64,000 nt of DNA, from positions 44,422 through 108,421 of IMG/VR virus record IMGVR_UViG_2706794911_000004, one strand, 5' to 3'. Below the pieces are notes generated by a model. It was given only the letters and a program-made list of their open reading frames with translations. It was not told the DNA's origin and searched no databases. Origin of the DNA: a virus (lineage: Duplodnaviria > Caudoviricetes). A program made the translations under genes and the position numbers. Below, piece after piece: positions 48,514 to 56,787 of this stretch; within the stretch, counting starts at the first letter, position 1; each line of letters starts with the position of its first letter.

Positions 48514-49445
48514 AAGCTGAGAATGAAAATTACATTTTGAGAATAGAACGTTATGACGATGCGGAAAGCCCCAGAGAGTGGGACAACTTGGGTACTATGT
48601 TTTGTTGGCACAGTAGACATGTTTTAGGTGATAAGCATAATTACTACGACCACAGAGCTTTTTTAGAAAGCTTTGTTAGAGAACTATTACAGGTTGAACA
48701 ACTAGCAGAACCCACAAGTGTTAGTGGCTTATTTAAGGTAGAACAGAGAGGCAATAAATATGATGTAATTGACGTTAGCCTAAAGTATACTAGGTGCTCT
48801 ACTAAGAACCTAACTTTAGCTAGAGAGCTTGCTTTGAATTATGCTGCTGAGGAGCTTACTGAGTACGCTACCGACGCTGAACTACTAAGCATTATTAGTG
48901 AATATGCCGTTATACTGCCGCTTTACTTATATGACCATAGCGGAATTACGATGTCCTCCTCCCCCTTCTCTTGTCAGTGGGATAGCGTACAGGTTGGGTG
49001 GATATTCTGTACTAAAGAACGCTTTAGAGAAGAAACTGGATACACTGAGGATGAGCTTTTTAATACTGATTCCTCCCGCCACCCAGCCATAGGTGAGCGA
49101 ATTAAAACAGCAGATTCCGAGTGGTGGGGGCAAGTAGTTAGTGTGTATAAAGATAGCTACGCTGTAGACTTTGACTGGAATAAAATACCCTCAGCTAGAA
49201 GTTCCAAGAACATAAAAATAGTACGTAATGATGAAATTATAGAAGTAATGTCCTACCAAGCTGCTGAAATACTAGAGGAAGAAGTCGAGACATATGACAA
49301 GTACTTACGTGGTGATATTTATGGTTATGAGCTCAGCGAAAAGATTAAGTGTAATTGTTGTGGACACGTAGTACTAGAATATGTAGATAGCTGTCATGGC
49401 TACTACAGTATACAGGATATAAAAGAAAATTTAAGCAGTTCATGA
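48510..49445 (+). CDS. Conserved mobile-element hypothetical protein
   Basis: SPREWDNLGTM...PLYLYDHSGITMS...WDSVQVGWI...YDKYLRGDIYG. Confidence 0.7.
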   Translation: MKAENENYILRIERYDDAESPREWDNLGTMFCWHSRHVLGDKHNYYDHRAFLESFVRELLQVEQLAEPTSVSGLFKVEQRGNKYDVIDVSLKYTRCSTKNLTLARELALNYAAEELTEYATDAELLSIISEYAVILPLYLYDHSGITMSSSPFSCQWDSVQVGWIFCTKERFREETGYTEDELFNTDSSRHPAIGERIKTADSEWWGQVVSVYKDSYAVDFDWNKIPSARSSKNIKIVRNDEIIEVMSYQAAEILEEEVETYDKYLRGDIYGYELSEKIKCNCCGHVVLEYVDSCHGYYSIQDIKENLSSS

Positions 49446-49478
49446 ACTGCTCGACAAAGCTGTGGGAGGGGTGGTGCG

Positions 49479-49637
49479 ATGAAATACCAAATACTTACAA
49501 GATACAAGAACGGTGCATGGGAACACTGTGATTATGCAAAAGACGACTGTGAGTTAAATTACTTACTTGATGAGTACAAAATGGCATACGGAAAAGACTT
49601 TACATTCAGGGTGGAGGAGGATGATGATGAAGTATAA
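49479..49637 (+). CDS. Small acidic protein (52 aa)
   Basis: GGAGGGG RBS. Confidence 0.5.
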   Translation: MKYQILTRYKNGAWEHCDYAKDDCELNYLLDEYKMAYGKDFTFRVEEDDDEV

Positions 49638-50106
49638 AACTATTGAAGAAGCTACAAAAGCATGTGTGGGTGAGTTCAATGCTATTCCCTATGCACTTAT
49701 TGAAAAAGCTTATAAGAATGACATAGACAGCTTTTACGAGCTAACAAAGCCAGCTATAGGAGATTACGTTCATGTATTTAGCTTAAACAGTGAAGCTGAA
49801 ATTACTGGTTATGACAGCGATACAGGTAAATACAAAGTTACTACATCTGATGGTTCAGTTAGTTTAGTAGATGAATATGCTATGGAGGTTTATTATGACG
49901 CATGGCTACCTATGTGGGGGTGGATGTGGAATCCACAAAGTTCTCTGGACGAAGAGTGGGTTGTAGATAATCTCCAGACTGTATCAGACTTAGGCGTTAG
50001 AATCTATGAGTGCGATGAAGTAGGAATTTTATTAGGGATTGACGGGGCGGGGTACAAGCATTGGATACCGCTATACAAAGCGAGGGGGCTGAGGTGGCAT
50101 GAATAA
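49627..50106 (+). CDS. Conserved phage hypothetical protein
   Basis: LPMWGWMW...GIDGAGY...HWIPLY; start after GGAGG. Confidence 0.7.
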   Translation: MKYKTIEEATKACVGEFNAIPYALIEKAYKNDIDSFYELTKPAIGDYVHVFSLNSEAEITGYDSDTGKYKVTTSDGSVSLVDEYAMEVYYDAWLPMWGWMWNPQSSLDEEWVVDNLQTVSDLGVRIYECDEVGILLGIDGAGYKHWIPLYKARGLRWHE

Positions 50107-50389
50107 GCTTGAGAGACTTAAGCATGATATTATGTCAGTTCACACATTTGAACAATTAAAAGAGTTACTAGTAGACTTAATTGAAGTTGTAGATGGAGAA
50201 AACACTACGTATGAATACTGTAGTTGCTGTGAGCGTGAGGTAGAGATACCTGCCGATACGCCCTCACGTTGTCCGAACTGTGATCAACCCATTCTCCCCT
50301 GCTCCACCTGTTGGGATGACATAGACGGCATAACGAGGTGTGATTGGTCAAAAGAAAAAAGATGTTGGAGATTTCCAAAGGAGGGATAA
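50099..50389 (+). CDS. Zinc-finger hypothetical protein
   Basis: CxxC, CPNC, PCSTC. Confidence 0.65.
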   Translation: MNKLERLKHDIMSVHTFEQLKELLVDLIEVVDGENTTYEYCSCCEREVEIPADTPSRCPNCDQPILPCSTCWDDIDGITRCDWSKEKRCWRFPKEG

Positions 50390-50393
50390 TAGT

Positions 50394-50597
50394 ATGTTAA
50401 ATGAGAGAGTTAGATTGTTTGGGCGTACTAATTTAGTAGATTACCTACACATTGATGTAGCGGAAGTGCTTTATAGATATTTAACATACGGAAGAATAGA
50501 AAGATTATACCTTGAGGGTGGCGGAGATGCAAAAAGGGAGCAAATTGTTAAGGTCATAGAGGATCATTTTGATTGTGCTGGTGAAATGTACATTTAA
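50394..50597 (+). CDS. Hypothetical protein
   Basis: AAGGAGG RBS before MLNER. Confidence 0.55.
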   Translation: MLNERVRLFGRTNLVDYLHIDVAEVLYRYLTYGRIERLYLEGGGDAKREQIVKVIEDHFDCAGEMYI

Positions 50598-50626
50598 ATT
50601 GATATGGGGTGGTAGGAGGTATGCCG

Positions 50627-50947
50627 ATGAAACCTGAAGATATCTTAAAGAAGTATCCAAGAATAGTATCCCATCTAATAGCAGAGAGCTTAGGGTATTT
50701 TACGCCTAAGTCAGCCACCATAGCTATTATAAAAGCAAAAGAAAATGAGCCTTACTTTTGTGAGTTGTACACCGATTGTGCTAGACGATATGGTGAAATG
50801 TACGACAGAGATAATGTTCGGCGAGTTACAAGGGAGATATTATCTCAGGCTATAAAATCTAGACACCATCATACCTTTATGATGGCTAGCTATAAGGACG
50901 CAAGACTAATAGTTGATGAAGCTACTAAAGGTAATATCCAACATTAG
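50627..50947 (+). CDS. Hypothetical protein
   Basis: GGAGG RBS; IAESLGYFTP. Confidence 0.6.
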   Translation: MKPEDILKKYPRIVSHLIAESLGYFTPKSATIAIIKAKENEPYFCELYTDCARRYGEMYDRDNVRRVTREILSQAIKSRHHHTFMMASYKDARLIVDEATKGNIQH

Positions 50948-50965
50948 CGAGTTGGTTTTAGGAGG

Positions 50966-51199
50966 GTGATAATAGTGTTGTACAAGTGTAAGGGTATTAT
51001 ATTTGATGACGCAGTTTTAAAGAAAGAGAGCGGGGATGTCAATGACTATACATCAGTATGCATCCCCTGTGTACGTAAGCATAAAATTTCATGGTCTAAG
51101 TTAGACGGCATTGGTTCAGAATACTGTGGTGTGAAAGGCTGCACTAATCGGGCAAATTACTATCTTGACTTTGAAGATGGTGAACTGGAGGTGATATAA
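50966..51199 (+). CDS. Small Cys-rich protein
   Basis: CIPC...CGVKGC. Confidence 0.6.
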   Translation: MIIVLYKCKGIIFDDAVLKKESGDVNDYTSVCIPCVRKHKISWSKLDGIGSEYCGVKGCTNRANYYLDFEDGELEVI

Positions 51200-51312
51200 A
51201 TGCTAGGAAATCCGTATTGGTGGTGGAACGGTGGAAAAAAACCAAGAGAGTAAGTAAACGACATACGTTGTGACTTAACAAGCTACAGTTTGAGTATTCA
51301 GGAGGTGGTTTA

Positions 51313-51537
51313 ATGATATGCCCTAAGTGTGGTGGGGAGTTAAGGTATATAGAAGAAGTAATCGGCTCCTTTACAAACAGGATTTACGACGACGGTTTTG
51401 TTGATTTTGACAGCAGTAGCTTTTATGGCGATAAACATACTGATGTAATGTGCACAGCTTGCAATACTTCATTTGATTTTGAGTGGGTAGGTGACCTATT
51501 TAATTCAGTAATTAAACTAAAGGGGGCGGAGTGTTGA
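51313..51537 (+). CDS. Zinc-ribbon protein
   Basis: CPKCG...CTAC. Confidence 0.65.
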   Translation: MICPKCGGELRYIEEVIGSFTNRIYDDGFVDFDSSSFYGDKHTDVMCTACNTSFDFEWVGDLFNSVIKLKGAEC

Positions 51538-51794
51538 CAATAACAGGAATAGTTAGAAGAGTTGATGATTTAGGTAGAGTGGTAATCCCAAAGGAAATAC
51601 GTAGGGCAAATAAAATTAAGGAAGGTGACCCGCTGGAAATAATACACACAACTGAGGGTATTTTGCTTAAGAAGTACACAGAACATAATTATTGTGTATT
51701 CTGCAATACATCAACTGAGATTGAACTAGATGGGATCAGTGTATGTACACACTGTATTAGTAGACTTGGAAAATTGATGAAGGAGGAAAAATAA
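51531..51794 (+). CDS. abrB: AbrB/SpoVT-family transcriptional regulator
   Basis: TGIVRRVDDLGRVVIPKEIRR...EGDPLEI; C-terminal CVFC...CTHC. Confidence 0.9.
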   Translation: MLTITGIVRRVDDLGRVVIPKEIRRANKIKEGDPLEIIHTTEGILLKKYTEHNYCVFCNTSTEIELDGISVCTHCISRLGKLMKEEK

Positions 51795-51795
51795 C

Positions 51796-51972
51796 ATGTT
51801 AAAAGTTAAATTTGAAATGGAGAAAGAAACTAAGAACACAGTAAGATTTGCAGAGGTAGAGGAAGAAGGTTATGCCAAAGTAGGTACTATTTATATACCT
51901 AAGTCCACCCTCGCTCAGAATGGTATTGATAAAGAAAAGGGTTTTACTATGGAGATTAAGGCAGTCAAATAG
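51796..51972 (+). CDS. Small beta-rich protein (58 aa)
   Basis: AAGGAGG RBS; EKETKNTVRF...IYIPKS. Confidence 0.65.
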   Translation: MLKVKFEMEKETKNTVRFAEVEEEGYAKVGTIYIPKSTLAQNGIDKEKGFTMEIKAVK

Positions 51973-51996
51973 GCTGCCCCTCCCCCACCCTACTAT

Positions 51997-52041
51997 TTAG
52001 TAATTCTCATATGTTTCAACAATATTAGGATCAACCATCAT
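51997..52041 (-). CDS. 14-aa peptide or gene remnant MMVDPNIVETYENY
   Basis: GGAGGG RBS downstream of a SigH-type promoter. Confidence 0.35.
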   Translation of the reverse strand: MMVDPNIVETYENY

Positions 52042-52073
52042 AAACCCTCCTAGATTATATTCTTATTGAGGGT

Positions 52074-52099
52074 ATTCGACATAAAACTCAAAAATCCTT
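52074..52099 (-). promoter_or_regulatory. SigH-type promoter, antisense to the operon
   Basis: AAGGATTT-N11-GTCGAAT. Confidence 0.65.
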
Positions 52100-52418
52100 T
52101 TTGGAAATATTTTGCATTTAAATTCCATATTTTCCACTTTTAGTTAAGCGGAATATGAGACATACTACAGCTTATCCAATTATCTGAAAAAGAAGATGGC
52201 TCTGATACGGTATGTGTTGACGGTAGCATGGTACTTACAGAAGATTTAGATTGTTATTATACACTAGTTAGCGCATTTGACTTGCTTAGACTTGATTTCA
52301 CAACAGGTGAATCAGAGAAAGATGGGGAATGCTACTATATTGATTTTGAATTCAGTAACAGGATGACTGATTAGCCTCTCCCCTACCCTTCTGTGGAGAT
52401 AGAAAGAGGAGGATAAGT

Positions 52419-52649
52419 ATGAAAAAGACTAGAGCACAATATGAGAGATACCTCAATGATTTCGGCGTGCCTGAGTCAGAAAAGTATAATAATGGCGGGC
52501 GAATTAGAGGTAAAAGATACGGAAGCTGGCTAAGAAGAATTGACTCTATATTATTCGACGTTATGTACAATGAGCACTTGAGGCAATTAAATAAACTGCC
52601 CCCTACCCTTCTATATGGGCGGGGGAGAAGTAAGGAGGGAGTTAGATGA
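52419..52649 (+). CDS. Hypothetical protein
   Basis: GAGGAGG RBS; YGSWLRRID. Confidence 0.6.
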   Translation: MKKTRAQYERYLNDFGVPESEKYNNGGRIRGKRYGSWLRRIDSILFDVMYNEHLRQLNKLPPTLLYGRGRSKEGVR

Positions 52650-52873
52650 GTTATGTAGGAATAATTAAACTAAAAAAGCAAGATGTTCCATATGAAGAAA
52701 TTGAAGGTTTTAGGTATGACACAGGTTCATATTATATGGATACTGCTAGAGACATATTTGACGACCTGTGTTCTAATTTATCCGTAGCTAGTAGCTGTCA
52801 AGTGCGATGGGAGTTTGAAGGAATAGGACAAGGACATTACTGTGATGACTGGTATTTTGGAAGGAGGAGGTAA
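52646..52873 (+). CDS. Hypothetical protein
   Basis: AAGGAGG RBS. Confidence 0.6.
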   Translation: MSYVGIIKLKKQDVPYEEIEGFRYDTGSYYMDTARDIFDDLCSNLSVASSCQVRWEFEGIGQGHYCDDWYFGRRR

Positions 52874-52875
52874 AG

Positions 52876-53088
52876 ATGGATAAGAAAGAAATTACTACCT
52901 TTACTTGCCACAGTTGTAAACACGAATTTACATGGGACAGGGGTAATGACATAAGAGGAAACATTTATCAGTGTGAGAATTGTGACAAGTATATATGTTT
53001 TAGCTGCCTGTTTGAAAATGAGCATAATGTAGGAGAGATGGCTGAAGTATTGTGCCTAGATTGTTTGAGAGGGAGAAGAATAGCATGA
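52876..53088 (+). CDS. Zinc-finger protein
   Basis: Four CxxC pairs. Confidence 0.65.
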   Translation: MDKKEITTFTCHSCKHEFTWDRGNDIRGNIYQCENCDKYICFSCLFENEHNVGEMAEVLCLDCLRGRRIA

Positions 53089-53216
53089 TAACAAAGATTG
53101 ATATTAGAGACCATATACTATCATTTAATGTAGATGGCATATGGGTAGAAGTCAATTGTTGTGATACCGAGCAAGCCGAGAGATTAGTAATAAAACTGTT
53201 GAAGGAAGGTGTTTAA
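53085..53216 (+). CDS. Small hypothetical protein (43 aa)
   Basis: Coupled ORF. Confidence 0.4.
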   Translation: MITKIDIRDHILSFNVDGIWVEVNCCDTEQAERLVIKLLKEGV

Positions 53217-53514
53217 ATTGAAATTACTTACAGAAGAAATTAGAAAACTTATCCTGCCCCTCTACTCCACTGAGGAAGTTGAGGAAAAGGTTGCAGTCGT
53301 TAAGTTCTTTGACCCCTACAGTTCGTGGACGTGGTATGTCATTGAGGGCGAAGAACAGGAAAATGGCGATTATCTATTCTTTGGATTGGTACATGGTTTT
53401 GAAAGAGAATATGGCTACTTTGCGTTAAATGAATTAGAAAGCATTGATTTCATGGGAGCACCACGAATCGAAAGAGACTTATACTTCTCCCCTACCCCAG
53501 TTTCAAAATTATAA
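53209..53514 (+). CDS. DUF2958-like protein
   Basis: VKFFDP...WTWYVIE...FFGLV..FE.EYGYFALNEL...IERDLYF. Confidence 0.8.
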   Translation: MFKLKLLTEEIRKLILPLYSTEEVEEKVAVVKFFDPYSSWTWYVIEGEEQENGDYLFFGLVHGFEREYGYFALNELESIDFMGAPRIERDLYFSPTPVSKL

Positions 53515-53528
53515 GGAGGTGTTAAACA

Positions 53529-53801
53529 GTGATTGCAATGTCAAAAGCAGAAGCTGTGGAAAAAGGACTGCCTACTTATAACGAAGGAGCACATAAATTA
53601 ATTGATGTAAGTGATAATAGCACGTTAATTTTATTAATGCCTAACGGTGTATATGTAACAGTAGCTTCCATAGGTAATGTTGGTGCTGACTGGGCATGTC
53701 TGGATATAAAAGTACAGAGTTCTACCACACAGCGAATAGTAGCTGAGAAAATGATAGATCTTCTTGACGGAACTTATTCGCTAGATATAAACGTTATATA
53801 G
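53529..53801 (+). CDS. Hypothetical protein
   Basis: AAGGAGGT RBS. Confidence 0.55.
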   Translation: MIAMSKAEAVEKGLPTYNEGAHKLIDVSDNSTLILLMPNGVYVTVASIGNVGADWACLDIKVQSSTTQRIVAEKMIDLLDGTYSLDINVI

Positions 53802-53837
53802 TTCACCTACCCCCACCCATAAAATTTGGGTGGGGTC

Positions 53838-53866
53838 TTAACTTTTTGCAATTGTTCAGGTAAGTA
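53838..53866 (+). promoter_or_regulatory. Phage promoter motif TTAAC-N16-GGTAAGTA
   Basis: After a hairpin terminator; heads the mazF operon. Confidence 0.7.
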
Positions 53867-53889
53867 ATAATAAGGGAGGTACTAGAAAG

Positions 53890-53994
53890 ATGTTTGACAA
53901 ACTGTCAGACAAATACAGCGAGATAGTATTCCGCATAACTACCCAAGGACGATTTAATACATACTGGGCGGCTTGGGCTAGGGACGAATATTAA
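53890..53994 (+). CDS. 34-aa peptide upstream of MazF
   Basis: GGGAGG RBS; MFDKLSDKYSEIVFRITTQGRFNTYWAAWARDEY. Confidence 0.5.
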   Translation: MFDKLSDKYSEIVFRITTQGRFNTYWAAWARDEY

Positions 53995-54006
53995 AGGAGG
54001 GGGCAT

Positions 54007-54354
54007 ATGCGAAGGGGCGATATTTATTATGCAGATTTAAGTCCAGCAGTAGGGTCTGAGCAAGGAGGTACAAGACCTGTTCTAGTAGTGCAAAATAACG
54101 TAGGGAACAAGCATAGCCTAACGGTCATCATTACAGCCATTACATCCGTGATTGACAAAGCAAAGTTACCAACACACGTAGAGGTTAATGCTCTAGAATA
54201 TGGTTTAACAAAGGATTCTGTCATATTACTGGAACAAGTTAGAACACTAGATAAAAAGAGGCTAAAGGAAAAAATTGGCCATATAGATGGTGAGACGATG
54301 TTGAAAGTAAATGAGGCTTTGTCTATAAGCCTCGGATTGGGGGAAAGAGTATGA
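54007..54354 (+). CDS. mazF: PemK/MazF (EndoA/NdoA-like) endoribonuclease
   Basis: [28 protein letters not shown]...AITS...KLPTHV...[14 protein letters not shown]. Confidence 0.93.
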   Translation: MRRGDIYYADLSPAVGSEQGGTRPVLVVQNNVGNKHSLTVIITAITSVIDKAKLPTHVEVNALEYGLTKDSVILLEQVRTLDKKRLKEKIGHIDGETMLKVNEALSISLGLGERV

Positions 54355-55661
54355 AAATTTCTGATCTAGAGGGTAAAAAAATGGCTGTACATTGCAAAAC
54401 AAAAGAACTATCTGATAAATTTTTAAACAAGCTTGAGTTATCTGGCTTTGACACCTTACTAAGTGACAGGTGGAATATATACGGTAAAAACACATGCTAC
54501 AGTATCTACAAAGGCAAAGTATACTATGGTCGCTACAGTTACTACGAAAGTGAGGATTACGAGATACACGAATTTGAAGGGTGGGAGGAAGAGTTGAGAA
54601 TAAAAACAATTGAGCAACTACAAAAGCTAGGGAAAAAGGATGTTATTAGGTGTAAAACACTAGACTTGGCTACAGAGTTTTTAGCCAAGCTGCACAGCAA
54701 AGGGTATAGATGGGCTTCACATGATTCGTTAGTTGGTGAGAGCAACTGGGATAAGTACGGTAGCCAAACATGCTACTTCGTGGAAGGTAAGCAATTGTGT
54801 TATTCTGACGACCTTTATTTTGAACGTAATGGTTTCAAGATATATGAATTTGAAGGGTGGGAGGATGAGCTGAATATTAAAAAAGGTATGATAATACACT
54901 GTGAGACAGAGCAACAAGCTATACGACTACTAGAAGATTTAGATAGAAGAGGTTATAAATGGTTGTCTGGTAGTAGCTTAACATTGCATGCTAGCTGGGG
55001 AATACACAAGGAAGAGACTTGTTATAGCATCGGTAGCGGTATGGTGCAGTATGCAAGTTTAGGCTTTTACAAAAGGAGTGGTAGTGAGGTGACTAAGTTT
55101 AGTGATTTGCTTATACCCCATTGTATTGAAGAAAGGAAACTATACAGCTCAGTTCTTAGTAACTTCAATGGACATCGTGTAGTAGAGTTCTATGAGGACA
55201 GCGAAGGTCAGCCTAACATTGTCTTTTCCAGTGGTTGTGTTTATGAAGGTTACAAGAGGCTTAAAGATTTTGAGGCTAACGTTGAAATCAAATATGGGAG
55301 TAATAAAAATTCACTTGTTTATAGGACATATATGTTAGAGGCTGATAAAATGAGACTTGCTCTCAATCTCCCCGCCCTAGGAACTTATGTAGCTATTTTT
55401 AGAGAGCTATTGGGCAAGTTCATACCTTCTGAGTTAGCAGAGAGTGGTTTAGCTGAAACTGCTCGCAACCATGTATGCTTGTGGGTGCGTGTAGCCTTGG
55501 ATCATAGCAGCTCCTTCAGCTATGATTCAGATAATGTAATCATGTCTTACGAAGTAGCTGACCAAAATCTTAGTTTTAATATAGGGGTAGATCAACTATG
55601 TGTGGCACTAGGAGTAACTAAAGAAGAAATATATAATTCGATTAAGTACACGAGTAGCTAA
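54351..55661 (+). CDS. Protein with three tandem ~80-aa repeats plus C-terminal domains
   Basis: Three units hC.T......FL..L...G..W...W..Y...TCY...Y...EFEGWE. Confidence 0.75.
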   Translation: MKISDLEGKKMAVHCKTKELSDKFLNKLELSGFDTLLSDRWNIYGKNTCYSIYKGKVYYGRYSYYESEDYEIHEFEGWEEELRIKTIEQLQKLGKKDVIRCKTLDLATEFLAKLHSKGYRWASHDSLVGESNWDKYGSQTCYFVEGKQLCYSDDLYFERNGFKIYEFEGWEDELNIKKGMIIHCETEQQAIRLLEDLDRRGYKWLSGSSLTLHASWGIHKEETCYSIGSGMVQYASLGFYKRSGSEVTKFSDLLIPHCIEERKLYSSVLSNFNGHRVVEFYEDSEGQPNIVFSSGCVYEGYKRLKDFEANVEIKYGSNKNSLVYRTYMLEADKMRLALNLPALGTYVAIFRELLGKFIPSELAESGLAETARNHVCLWVRVALDHSSSFSYDSDNVIMSYEVADQNLSFNIGVDQLCVALGVTKEEIYNSIKYTSS

Positions 55662-55685
55662 AATATATCTGTCGAAGTTTATTTA

Positions 55686-55713
55686 TTGACAACCCCTCCC
55701 CTCTTGCTATATT
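55686..55713 (+). promoter_or_regulatory. SigA-type promoter
   Basis: TTGACA-N16-TATATT with extended TG. Confidence 0.55.
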
Positions 55714-55995
55714 ATGTGGTTAAACCGATATACAGAGGGGAGGTGGTTATTCTTGGAGACTTTGAAAAAGCATTTAAGAGACAAATTTATGGCGGGGGAA
55801 AGCGAGGGATACGAAATAGTAATTGCTCTGCTTACACTTGTTAAAGCAGAGAAGATTGGAGAAGAAGATATTCTAGACATTCTAATGTTCGTACATTTCG
55901 ATAACTTAAAAGGTGTATTATCTTCCCTTGTAAAAGCTTCAGAACTAGTGGATGATGATATGATAGATGATATAATTAAATCGGCAGGTAGGTGA
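55714..55995 (+). CDS. Hypothetical protein
   Basis: ORF; the true start is probably the TTG after GGAGG. Confidence 0.55.
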   Translation: MWLNRYTEGRWLFLETLKKHLRDKFMAGESEGYEIVIALLTLVKAEKIGEEDILDILMFVHFDNLKGVLSSLVKASELVDDDMIDDIIKSAGR

Positions 55996-56000
55996 GCAGC

Positions 56001-56210
56001 ATGTTGTTATTTCTTTTTGTTGTATTTATATGTCTGATGATGATACTAAACTCATTTTCTATAGTCTTAAACAACTTACTAAGTGTCTCTTTGTAAAAAA
56101 GAGACCTTAATCTATTTTTGACAAGTTTTGTGGACTTAATTCAGCTTATTTTTGCTGTAGCAATTCTATTTGGTGCCTTATACTTGTTAATGAAGTTATC
56201 CGACTGCTAA
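56001..56210 (+). pseudogene. Two-TM membrane protein gene with an in-frame TAA
   Basis: MLLFLFVVF...SVSL*KRDLNLFL...LSDC; TAA at 56094. Confidence 0.45.
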
Positions 56211-56218
56211 ATTTTTCC

Positions 56219-56247
56219 TTAATTTTTAGTGGCTAGTCGGGTATGTA
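56219..56247 (+). promoter_or_regulatory. Phage promoter motif variant TTAAT-N16-GGTATGTA
   Basis: Upstream of the helicase operon. Confidence 0.6.
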
Positions 56248-56271
56248 TTAATAAGAAAGGAAGTGATGTAA

Positions 56272-56787
56272 TTGCGGACAAGGCTAGAACCTTATATACA
56301 AAATAACGTATTATCGTTAAGGAAACTTAAAGAGGTCTCCCCCGCTCTCTACAAGTACATGCTTACTTGTGGTGACGAGTATAATGGTATAGAGATACTA
56401 GATGACTCAAAAGTAATAAAGGGCGGTGATATCAAAAAGTACCTAACCCACTACTATGGTGAGGTTGTAGATGTGTCACGCCTCAGGAGGGGTGCCCTCT
56501 ATATTTACAACAAGATTGTCAGTATGGGTAACGTCCAGAAGGTTATAGAGGGGTGGGGGTTTACAGTTATTTATGAAGGAAAGGCAACTGAGTACTCTCT
56601 AAAAAAAGATCTGCAGAAGTATGTTATCAGGGGCAACATTCTGGGAAGGCTACCTAAGGATATACAGAATAAAGTGTGGTATTTAGCCAATAAAAATAAA
56701 ATGTCTGTGGGTGAATACTTGAATAAACTAGGCTACATTAAAGGAACTAGAAAGCTATGGCGGAGGTATGCGGATGATAAAAGCTAA
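56272..56787 (+). CDS. Basic hypothetical protein
   Basis: ORF with RBS. Confidence 0.6.
   Translation: MRTRLEPYIQNNVLSLRKLKEVSPALYKYMLTCGDEYNGIEILDDSKVIKGGDIKKYLTHYYGEVVDVSRLRRGALYIYNKIVSMGNVQKVIEGWGFTVIYEGKATEYSLKKDLQKYVIRGNILGRLPKDIQNKVWYLANKNKMSVGEYLNKLGYIKGTRKLWRRYADDKS

Noticed and set aside
51977-53835. G-quadruplex or i-motif role for the C-rich tracts
   Set aside because: Most have only two or three runs, too few for a canonical intramolecular structure
54007-54354. Avoidance of the EndoA target UACAU in phage mRNAs
   Set aside because: TACAT is readily found on coding strands (e.g. 31061, 33651, 33783); no obvious depletion, not formally tested
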